A stretch of 64,000 nt of DNA from Balanoglossus misakiensis. Taxonomy: Eukaryota > Animalia > Hemichordata. Numbering within the stretch: the first letter of the stretch is position 1; the number at the start of each line of letters is the position of its first letter. The translations under genes and the position numbers were made by a program. Of this stretch, positions 13,601 through 24,939 are shown in pieces. Below the pieces are notes generated by a model. That model was not told where the DNA came from, ran no database searches, and worked only from the letters and a program-made list of their open reading frames with translations. Location of the stretch: positions 8,509,097-8,573,096 of the forward strand of contig CM082598.2 of assembly GCA_040954595.2 (NCBI GenBank). Direction: 5' to 3'.

Positions 13601-14443
13601 CAAGATTTAAGTGGAGCAGTCACAGAATGAAAACAAATATGGAAAGAGTTATGCTGGAATGCTGTAAGGGATAGATTAATATTGCAAATAATTTAATTTC
13701 TTAGATCATAAATGGAATTCAAAGAATGGTCACATAACAGGATATGTTTTACTAAAAAGACTTAAGTATAGTTTCAAGGCTTTGTGTTGAAATACTGAAT
13801 TCTCTACAAGATTTAAGTGGAAAAAGTCACAGAATGAAAGCAAATATGGAAAGAGTTATGCTGGAATGTTGTAAGGGATAGATTAATATTGCAAATAATT
13901 TAATTTCTTACATCATAAATGGAATTCAAAGAATGGTCACATAACAGGATATGTTTTACTAAAAAGACATGTATAGTTTCAAGGGTTTGTGTTGAAATAC
14001 CGAATTCTCTACAAGATTTAAGTGGAACAGTTACAGAATGAAAACAAATATTGAAAGAGTTATGCCAGAATGTTGTATGGGATAGATTAATATTGCAAAT
14101 AATTTAATTTCTTGCATCATAAATGGAATTCAAAGGATGGTCACATAACGAGCCATGTTTTACTAAAAAGACTTATGTATAGTTTCAAGGCTTTGTTTTT
14201 GTGTAATGAATTCTCTACAAGATTTAAGTTGAACAGTCACAGAATGAAAAGAAATATGGAAAGAGTTATGTTGGAATGTTGTAAGGGATAGATTAATATT
14301 GCAAATAATTTAATTTCTTGCATCATAAATGGAATTCAAAGAATGGTCACATAACGGGCCATATTTTACTAAAAAGACTTGTAAAACATGTTCAAAATTT
14401 ATAGCAGACTGTGACAGATAGTGAATGTGCCACTTTTCCATAT

Positions 14444-16996
14444 TTATTTGCTGGAGTCCCTTCTGGCCAATTCTGGCAAAACATAGGTAAAATAAAATTC
14501 CCCCAGGGCTGGTAACATTTTGCTTCACAAAAGTGTATCTTTAAAAATTCTCTCAACAGCAAAACCACTCGGTGACCAAACAACTAAATCACACCACTCA
14601 AGCCCACAAACAAAGAACTGCCCTTGTATCTGGTAATAATATCTGTGATTTCTTTGTAATCTAATCTTACTATCTACAAAATAAAAAAAAGTATCAGGCA
14701 TTTCGGAAGCTTCCACTGGTGTACGCTTTGCATATTTTGAGAGAGATTTAACCTCTACACAGCCATATTGAGCACTGATATCAACACTCAACTTAATAGC
14801 AACAAATTTATCCAAGGAAGCACCTAAGAAAGGAAAACTTGGGTTGACAACTAAACCCATGTCTCTTGATGTAACTGAGTAGCCCTTTCTTTCCAGATCT
14901 TGGATGTACTGTGCTACAGCAATGTGTTCACTTTGAATGCCCCATTTGGTGTGCTTATTTGAAAATTTCCTTTGGTGAAATAATGTTATCAACCAAAGTG
15001 TCAGGGGGGGGGGGTACTTTTGCCTGCAGACAACATCTTTAAATTTGCTCGCCGTGATTCTCAATTCACGTTGTGAGTACCAATTTGGATTTCTGTATTG
15101 GCCCTGAGTGGACATCTCTATTCTGCTTGACTCTGCAACACTCGAAACATTAACCTTAGATTCATAAAAATCATATAAATCCTCATTAATATTGTAAATA
15201 AGTTTTCCGGTATGACTGCTCTCACTGGGTTGTACATTGCAAAACTCATCAGAAGTTACGTCTACATTATTTCCCAAAGCTTCAGTAACTTGACATGGTA
15301 CAGTGTTGTTAATAGCAGGCTCACAATCATTGGAATACAGTAGCTCAACAAGTTGACCACAAGCACTCAGGAAGTCAGCAAGTTGTGTTACCTTTTCTTT
15401 TGTAACAATTTTATCTTTTGTTGGCCATGCATAATATTCACTTTTTCTTTTTCGGGGACGATATACTTTATCTGAATTACAGTCACGTTCATAGTCATAC
15501 TTAATCCAGTCAATTGAGTCAAATTTGACAGCTGTGTTTCCATAAACGCTGGGATGGTGATGAACTTGTAATTTCTCAGTGCATGCAGCTGTATCTGGTA
15601 CCTCCTTCAGTCCACATCTATGAAAATCCATTATGGCAAAAATGGTGGCAGCTATGTGTTTGCAGTATCCACCAGCACCCGCTTTACATACACATTTACC
15701 TCCAAGTATTTTACCTGTGTTCTGATCGAGGAGAACTAGGGTGGAGTACTGTTATTTTGAGGGGTACTGGATCAACAGCCTTGGAATATGACTTGACAAC
15801 CATTGATTTAATAAATAACACTGACTGATGCTCGCGATCATGAATTAAAATGTTCTTGACATGGTTACTCTTGTAAAAGTTCCAACCACTATCCCTATGT
15901 TTTCGAGCAGTACTGTGGCAGTTGTCGCACTTTGTGATGAAATAATCAAAAATGGTGCAATCAGTTAAATCGGGCAGATTACTTATGTTCCTTGTCCATC
16001 CTCCTGCTGGAGGATATGTCAGCATTGACTCCACAGTGTTGACAGACACTTGAACTTGGCACCCTTCACCACGATTACCAGCTCCATCAGGATCAACCAA
16101 GTACTGCTTGTCCCATCCATGACCAATGTATAAATGCACAATATTTAAAAGAATGTTAATACTGCTCTAGGGTGGGTAAAGTACTGCACTTTACTAAAAC
16201 AAAATCAATTAATCAAAGAAATAACTCCATTTTCCCAATGTTTACATTAGAAAAAAAAGTTGTTGAGACTTTAATATATTCTAAATGAACAAAATATTTT
16301 ATTTCGTGATTGAAACAAAAATTTGATTGTTTTACTTAGTTAGTTATTCAAGTACATGAATCTATTCAAACTTGATGCCCCAGCATGACCTGCATACATA
16401 CAATGTTGTAAATATGTAGCTGCTGTATACATTGTACTACATCAACGGCCCATTATCTAATCCCTTCGTTACAAACTGACAATCTACATCAACATCTTTG
16501 GCTCTAAATTTTGCAAGCTCTAGCTCTACAATGGACGAAAGACAGCCTGCCAGTATGACGTGCGTAACATCGTCACGCACGGTAAGGGTACCGGGCCTGA
16601 TATAACCCGGGCCGATCGTCGATCTGTACTATGCAGTCAAACACGATCCCTCCAGAAAATTACTAGTATATTTCGGCTACCAAGCGAGTTGCCAGTATTC
16701 ACGCTAACAATAGGTTGCTCAGTTTATTTTTTGCACAAATCGGGGTGGGCGGCGAACTTCACATGTGTGAAATGAAATCTTGTGCAGCTTGGCTGTCGGC
16801 GATAGCAGTCGGTAGCAGGCAGCATTACAAAAACTCGCTAAAAATTATAAAATTTTCGTTACCTTTCAACAAGTTCTCGCTTGTTTCCACGTAGACTGGC
16901 ACCCTTTCTGCATCTCAGCCATCTCTTCAGCTCTGTTATGGTCAATTCTTCTGGTTTACGACATTTTAAATCTGACCTCGGAATCGCGGATTACAT
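14444..16996 (-). pseudogene. SAP + SWIM zinc finger + YqaJ/lambda-exonuclease-like (PD-(D/E)XK) gene, transposon-associated, disrupted
   Basis: SAP-like exon 16863-16996 (PEELTITELKRWLRCRKGASLRGNKRELVER, GT donor; ATG followed at once by TAA). SWIM CVCKAGAGGYCKHIAA at ~15650-15705. YqaJ motifs WYSQRELRITAS, WGIQSE, LGASLD, VEVK, YYYQIQGQ. Frameshifts at ~15750 and ~14530; shifted C-terminus LGEFYFTYVLPELARR. Confidence 0.85.
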
Positions 16997-18165
16997 TGTT
17001 TACTCATGAATATTGATAGAAAAGTTATGGCTGCGACCTTGTACCCCTGAGGACAACAATGCATTGCGGCTATGATGTCATCGCCATCTTTATGCAAGTC
17101 GGCCATTACTACAATGTCACATGCATCTATTGGTTTTTCAGTAGCTATTTAATATATACAAGAACAAAAATATTAATAGGGATCATCTAAAAATAGCGGA
17201 AAGGACAATGTGCTCACATTTTTTTTGAATTAGTACATTTAAGTGAGATATACTTTATCAACAATAAATGGTATCATACTGATCAATTTATGCAGACCAA
17301 CAGCCAGCCAGCAAGCCAACCAAATAGACATACTAGTACATAAATATGCCACCAACTGATCCAATAAAGCTCCCATAGGTATATATACATACCGGTATAC
17401 CATATGGGAGCTAAAAATTGTAATATAGTGGTTGCCAGGCAGTCATTTTGGATATGCCAAGTTTGAACAAAATTGGTTCCGGCATGTCTGAGTGAGAGCT
17501 GCAGATTTTAAGAAATATGTACCAAGCCATTTTGGGTCATATCACTAATCGAACTGATGTTCATATGTACTGCATAGTGCATTGTCTTTGTACCAAGTTT
17601 GAATGAAATTGGTCTAGGCATGTCTGAGTAATGGCTCGGATGGATGAACAATCCACCTTGGGAATTCTAGTGATTACAGACCAGAGTCTAGCATGGTTGC
17701 AGCTAATACAATCCACTCGGGTGTTATGTATGTATAAAAATGATCAAAAAAGTACCTGCAAAGTCAAAAGCTGTTTTCCTATTTAGGTCCATGATAAGTA
17801 TGGCTGGAAAGTGGCCACAAATGACACAGGTATACTCGTAAGCTGTGTTACACAGTGCTTCAAAATGTAGATATGCGTTCATGATATCATCATGTGAGAC
17901 AGGCATCTTTTGATGTTGAAAGTCTTCGAGTGTTTGCACAGCTCTTCCAATGGCAGTATGATTCTGAAATAGTGATAAAACATGTCTTGCTGACTTGACA
18001 ACTCTAACAGAAATGACTTTTATCAACTTATTATAAAACTGATTATAGGTGAGAAAATTGTGCAACAGTGATTTCAATTCTGAGTCTTTTGACACTTATT
18101 ATGAAGAAAGGCATATTATAAGTGGAATATACCAACAAGGTGAATCCTCAAGACTAGACCACTTA

Positions 18166-18960
18166 GGCTGCATTCACAAACACCTCTGGAGGGGGGGGGC
18201 AGGAGAATTGAGGGGGGGGGATTTGAAAAAATTGAGGGTATGTAAGGGGGGGGGGGATTTGAAATAATTTAGGGACTGAAAGGGGGGGACTTGAAAACTT
18301 TAACGACTAAATATTTATTTTGAGTCCACAAAAATGCAGTTTCGCGCCCTTTATTTTACAAAATTTTCTAATGTGGGAGGGGGACACCCACCCCCTCCAT
18401 TCATCAACACCTTTCAATCATTGACTGGTTTATCTAGTGTCCCAGATCAGGGGACTTGCCCCACCCCATGATAACTTTGAGCGGCGACGGTTAAATTTGT
18501 CCTCCCAAACATACCGGTAGTTGAGTTAATTTGCTTTTGCCGGGTTCATTAAAATGCAACTTTGAGCTCTGTATTTTAGAAAATTTTCTTACGTGGGAGG
18601 GGGACACCCCCTCCCAAACCCACCCCCTTCAATTCTCGGTTTACAATGTCTCCCAACACAGAATACAAATATATGTACTTAAAAAATAAAAGCAATGTTC
18701 AGTTTTAATACCCACTGATGAGGGGAAACATCAGCTTCAAATTCTTTTCATGGGAGCGCTGTTTTTCTTTTTACAAGATAGATAGGTGATGTGTTTTGCT
18801 CTGTGAAAGAAAATGGGGGGGGATTTCAAAATTTTGGCAGTTCGGAAGGGGGGGATTTGAAAATATTGGCAGTTCAGAAGGGGGGCATGTGAAAATTAGC
18901 GGTAAAAAAAATTGAATTCTCCCGCCCCCCCCCCCTCCAGAGGTGTTTAAGAATGCAGCC
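18166..18960. mobile_element. MITE, PIF/Harbinger-type (TTA TSD), intronic
   Basis: TIRs GGCTGCATTCACAAACACCTCTGGAGGGGGGG / CCCCCTCCAGAGGTGTTTAAGAATGCAGCC, flanked by TTA at 18163-18165 and 18961-18963. Confidence 0.88.
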
Positions 18961-20979
18961 TTAAAAAAAAAAACATAATAACAACCACTCTACCTTTATA
19001 TTTGCTCGCAGCCACAAACACAATTGATGTGTCAGAAACACTTTGTTATTAAAGTTGTGTATACCATCAGTATATTCTTGGTATCTATATGTCATTGTGC
19101 ATGTAGGACATTTTTTGTTGTACACTGCAACATCTGTGAAATATGAAGAAACAAAATTTATAAATCTGTATTGTGTTCTGCATACATATACAGAAGTGTA
19201 TTTGTCTTTTCTGTTGAGCAACTACATGTGCGTGCATGTTTTAAAAACCAATAATTTTACACTCAGGGCAGTTAATCCTATAAATGGTTCGCTCAGGAGG
19301 ATTGTTACCAGGATGCACTGTTTAATCAATTTGTAATAAGGTACCTACATGTTTAAACAAATTTTCAGAGTAATCTGACCAGCAATTATTGACTATTACA
19401 TTTTTCAGTTTTGCATATTTTGGTCGTGAAAACTTCATACAGACATAACTATCAGCAAAAGAAAAATAGCACCAGGCCCACTGAAGCACAACTGACACTG
19501 GTGTTTAGCATTGTTATATGGTGGAAAAGCATGGCAGAAAGTACAATCTGGCAAGGGGTTGATGGGGATATTTCTTACCTTTGGAATACGAGTCCCGATC
19601 AAAGATTATACCACTTTTTGATACCAGGACCATCTCAAGTTTTGGGTGGGAATCACTAACTTGGCATTCTTCTTCAACAGGGAATACCTCTTTGATAGTT
19701 TGCCACTCAGATGGTTCTGAACTTATCCTGTTGATATCATTTTTTTTTTCGGACATGATGTACTGCAGCATTCTTGCAACCGGTATATTGGGTTTGGTAT
19801 CTTCTATTTTGTTATCAGTACTACAGGTATCTTCTGTAATTACTTCTAGTCCAATCTGCGGGGTAGTTTCCATGATAAACCACTTTGCGATTGCCTTATG
19901 AAGGCAACCTCTTCTGGAATTGCAGCACTTGCATGTCGGTATGCCTGTTGCCTTGTCAATGCTTACTACCACACGCCCAAGACGAGAGTAGTATCTAATG
20001 TTTTCTTCATGTATAGAAAGAAATATGTACTTTGATGAGCTTGAAGGTTCCCAAGAAGACACCAGTGGCACTTTGGCCTTTTGTGCCCTTTCTTTAGCTT
20101 CAAGGCATTCAGCAATTGTCGAGTCTTTTATCTTCTTTGACATCTTGGCTAAGACACTTCATCTAGATTTGTCTCTCTGGCTCGGTGGAGGATATTCGTA
20201 CTTTGTATATGGCGACAGAAATGGGAAGTATCCCCCCCCCCCCCCTGGCCATTGTCTGTGTCACAAAGTTACATGATGTGTTCTCACACCTTATTATTTG
20301 GGTTGTTGCAGCTGATTTTCTTTGGATATGTATAGGAAAGTGTAAGCCCTTTCTTGACTTCTCAACTAAATATATGCCATTTCGAGCATCAACTAGGACG
20401 CCATCATGAAATGTATATTCTGTAACTGCAGTTTTGGGTAATGAGCTATGTTTTAATTTCATGTGTCTTGCCAAGTTTCTTTTTAACATTTTGACATTAC
20501 AAATTTCACATGATTCGGTACGGCTCTGGTGTGATCTCCCATTTAAATCTTTATCTTTCCTGGTCTGTTTGTGCATCTTACTGCTAGAAGATGTTTCCGA
20601 GGAGTTATTTTCAGTTGTCATTTCATGGCTTTTACATGCAGGTTTCTTCTTGTAATTTACTGATTTACATCTTTTTAAGTGCTCCACATACAGCATTTTT
20701 CTGGCCAGTGTCAGCTTGCACTTCACACAGTGATAATGTGCATGCGAGTTGTGGATCTCTCTGCAGGGTAAATGACACCCAAAGATGACATAATCTGAAA
20801 ATAAAACAAAATAAAGCAACATTTTAATAAAAAAACTTCAACATCATTTTTACAAGATTGTTGTTTCAATAAAGGATCCACTACAGTGATGAATCACAAC
20901 CTTTATCTTTACATTATTCACCAAGAATTTCATATTGTGTCTATAGGACCCTGGAAACTGACTTTAAAAGCAATCAGAT

Positions 20980-21460
20980 CATAACTTGATATAGGTAAGT
21001 AAACTAATTAGAGTTGATGGCTGGGAAAATTTCAGAGCATGGTTTGATGATGACCTACCACGTGGGTGGTAGCATGCTCCGATAGAAATTATGGAATGTT
21101 TGGTTAAAGTAACTGGAGAACAACTTGATATAGGTAAGTAAACTAATTTGAGTTGATGGCTGAGGAAATTAATCATGGATGAAAATTTCAGAGCATGGTT
21201 TGATGATGACCTACCACGTGGGTGGAAGCATGCTCCGATAGAAATTATGGAATGTTTGGTTAACGTAACTGGATTACAACTTGATATAGGTAAGTAAACT
21301 AATTGGAGTTGATAGCTTGGGAAATTAATCATTAAAGTAATTTCTGTTGATAGCCAGTGAATTTATTCACTGATAATGAATGATTCAGAGCATGTTCAAT
21401 GATGACCTACTGTGTGGATGGAAAACTCCAATATAAAGTATGGAATGTTAGGTTAAATCT
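20980..21460. repeat. Intronic tandem repeat, ~160-bp unit, about 3 copies
   Basis: TTCAGAGCATGGTTTGATGATGACCTACCACGTGGGTGG at ~21030 and ~21188, with a diverged copy at ~21385. Confidence 0.8.
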
Positions 21461-24459
21461 GTAACATTGGTACAATGTATTACATTTTACATAAACTGGT
21501 TTCAGTCAAAAAACAAACTGTCATTCTTATGTATTTCAAGGGCACTGCTCATTTAAAATAAGACCTCCTGTAAAAACTACATTTGAAAATGCTGTCAACA
21601 CAAATTTGTTGGGTTCAAGATATACAATAATGAGATCAGAGAATTTACCCGACTCATACTCAAACAAAGTAGTATATTTTTGAAGTCCCACGTGGCAGGT
21701 TTTCTGAAAGTCTATACTCAACAAAAATTCTGGATGAATTATTTCACAAATTTGTTCACTCTGTAGTTTGTTAATCACTATATACAAAAGAAGATTCAAA
21801 TCAGAGAATTGACCAAACATAGCCCAGTTAAGCTTAGAGCAAGTATAAACAATTCTTGGTAAATACTTTACAAACCTGATCTCATAAGTAGCCATAGCAA
21901 TCGGACAAGGGAAGCACAGTAAAAAAACTGCAAACTGCAATATCAAAATTTTCCATCATGAAATCCATGTTCAAAAATACTAATAAAGATTTAAAAATGT
22001 GCTGTCTTACCACCAGACTTCACTGATGTCTTTAAATGGGCTGTGACATGTTTTTTGACCCGCCAGCTATCTCTGGTGGCTTTAAACATGGTCTGAGGGC
22101 ATATTTTACAAGAAAATATTTCGCCCTCAGACACTATGATGCTGCCTGTATCTTCCTTTACAGTTAATGAAGGATGCATCCTATTGTGAGAAAAATATTA
22201 CATATGTAATATGTTTAATATCATATGTCCTTTGTGACACATCTTTGGCAACCGTGGTGAAAAAATGAGGCTCTCACTCACAAAAAGTGTTCATGTCTCC
22301 AGTCATATCTGAGATTATGTCAAGAACAGAAGGAAATTCGAAGTTGTTGGGCAGCTGCATTTTACGATCCAGACTGCCACTGTATCGTCCTAAAACTAAG
22401 TTGTACAGGACCAACTACTACTTACTAGAACCAGTTTCAAAAACGACTTAGTCGTTCCACAGTCAAGTCCACGTTTGGGGGCGAAGTAGGTTTAATCATG
22501 GACGTACGGGAGAAATCTCTCGTAATCTAGGACTTTTGTAACAACGAGTGGACCTTGCGAGTGCGACGAGATGCCTCAGAATGATGGGTAACGAAGGTGA
22601 GAAAAGTTTCGATTGAGCACGTGCTAGTTGGAATGAAGAGATGGCGTCATGAAGAGATGGCATCATTCTGCTGCATTCAGCCACTCCTGCCAGACACTCC
22701 TGTCACAGTACCGTAATTGATACAAAGGCAAACTGTTATACTTACTTTCCTGAGTTAATTTTCACGAAGTGTAGTAAAATATCTAATTATATGTGCCTCC
22801 CACACCAAAACACCGTACTTTCTCCGTATGTACACTGTAGCTGCACATGCGCTCTCGGTGGATGATAGATGATCTCGGGTCATGTCATCAACACGTGACC
22901 TTACGTGAGCTGCCTCCCCAGGGATAAGCCTCACCACTGCCCACATGGTAGCTGGGCAGGAACTCTTCGACTCGCGCACTTACCCTATCACCCCCAGACC
23001 TAAGCCACTTCGGCTTACACTAATTTGTGGGCGGAACAGAACGGAATAAGCCACACCAGATAAAAAAGAGCACTTATTTTTCTATTTCACTGAATAGATT
23101 TCTGAGCTTAAGCACAACTTAAGGTTTATATCAACCCTACCAATTTAGCATCGATTTTTTTTTCAATTTTCCCCAAGAAGACTCCAGTAAACGAAGCTAT
23201 AATTCAAATCTGAAACTACACCTGAATCCAAATCTTACTACTTAAGATATCAGAAACTTCGATCAAAACAATGGTCCGTTGAGAAACATTTTGTTGCAAT
23301 TTTAGGGGGTCAAGCCATATTTTCAGCCGACTATTAAAAGTTGCGCACTCAGAAAACAATCTGAAACCTTAAATATTCTAAAGTGTTGATAGAGGGCGTT
23401 CTGCCAAGACTTGCATAACTTTACGTCAACCCTTCGTCTTGACTCCACTGCCTTGCAGGATCCCTCATTGCCACATCATCACAACACAACAGACATGTAG
23501 ACAATGACATGATGATGAGACTAAAGCCAGATTATAGAGCAGTCGGACCTATTTATTCGCAACAAGAAAGACAAAGTTCACTGCATGCTAAGTAACCTAT
23601 ATAGGTTATTAAACTGTGGCTTTGTCTGCACGTGTGTGGTAATAAATCCTGGCAGCAAGGTAAACCGTTTTCGGAAAATACTCTGAAAACCTGCATCCAT
23701 TGTTGGCTCTAGTAGTGGTGTTGGATCTCACCCGGTTACCACTTGTTATCTAAACTATTGTTGAAAAGGTCTAAAGGAAAACTCAATAACAAATGCTAGC
23801 AAGAAAATTATTTGATGGACAAGGTCAGATAACTGTGCTGCTCGAAGATCGGCCTAGAAAAGGCTGAGAAATACTTCAACACGCACATGGCATTCACCTT
23901 ACTATGCCTCATTGGTCAGTGCAACATATGACACTTTCCTATCCAATGAGCATGCACTAGACACTGCTTGTGTACGTGACATCAAGACAATGATTTCGAT
24001 ACTTTAATGTCGATACGCGCAAAACCATCTATATGTGCAAGTCGAGTTTTCACTGCGGAGTGTTGTCATGACGACTCAAAAATATGTCGATTTCCCTGTT
24101 ATTCAAGTTTTGAAGAGTTCAGAACAGCATTTCTCAATTGAAAGGCTTTATGTACAACTACAACACTACAAAGTTTAGAATATTCCTGTCGTGTACTTCT
24201 CTCTTATTATTGTGGAAAAATTAAGAATGTTTGGTTCTCTAATAATATGATTAGGTAGAAACCGTTTCCCGAGACCATTGTACAACGGACAGATTAATAA
24301 AAAAGTGGTATTCATCTTGTACACTTCCACTGGTACAAAGTTTACAAAATCTGGCTCTAGTGTCTCCTTCCCTCTATTGGTCAGCAACAAACAAAACGTA
24401 CAGCAGGTTCAAGATAAACATCTTATCAAAGATATCTGCACTTTGATTAAAAGTATACA

Positions 24460-24610
24460 GTCACCTCCAATTTACATACGCCCATATATGGCTGAAATGG
24501 AGTATTTGACCGTTATAAAGAACAAATGGTGGCGCCCTTATTTTCACGTGTGCCACCCACTGAAAAACTGTGATTGGCTAGATCTCAATTTGCCATGGTA
24601 AATATACCTA
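24460..24610. repeat. Degenerate dispersed repeat, copy 1 (other copies ~28686-28830 inverted, ~33352-33490)
   Basis: Shared motif CAATTTACATA...TTTCACGTGTGCCA(C/T)CCA(C/T)TGAAAA...TGATTGGCTA. Confidence 0.65.
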
Positions 24611-24939
24611 ATTTTCCATAGGTAACCTTTTAAACTCTGATGCACGCGTGTTCAATTCGCACACGTCACATGGATATTGAATCTGAGTCAGAGATTGATT
24701 AATTCTCCACTAGTGTATATGGATAGTCCGAAATAAAGAATTAATGAAAGGGAATGGACGTTACATTGAACAATGATTCCCCGTTCAAAACAAAAGCGTG
24801 TATGGCACAATTCTACGTTTTTTTTTACAATAATGGAAATAATAATCGTTTACTTTCTGATTCCGCGTCTATGTATTTTTTTTTCATTTGTAAAAAGATG
24901 ACGATGTCAGCAATTTGTTGAGTGTTTGTCTTCGTGTTT

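Larger units (their letters stand above)
1..14380. repeat. ~206-bp satellite DNA array (204-207 bp monomers, some shorter deletion variants), interrupted at 3343-5694 and 10096-10643
   Basis: Monomer GAATTCAAAGAATGGTCACATAAC...CTTACATCATAAATG recurs at 1, 207, 413, 619, 823, 1027, 1233 etc. The array ends at ~14380 and runs off the left edge of the window. Confidence 0.98.
17756..22180 (-). pseudogene. HMGXB3-like / cysteine-cluster KDZ-transposase-related gene, N-terminal part; exons ~22011-22180, 19579-20794, 18994-19133, 17756-17963
   Basis: Canonical GT-AG junctions; C2H2-like fingers (HYHCVKC, CEICNVKMLKRNLARHMKLKH); SWIM-like CKCCNSRRGCLH; KCPTCTMTYRYQEYTDGIHNFN; YLHFEALC...CVICGHFPAILIMDLNRK. 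Frameshift in a G run at ~20235; no downstream exons recognised. The family call is from motif recognition only. Confidence 0.7.

Noticed and set aside
1-14380. CRISPR-like array or protein-coding repeats (ORFs at 801, 6346, 7912, 9745, 11922, 12255)
   Set aside because: No unique spacers and no cas genes. The ORFs are chance open frames of the satellite monomer.
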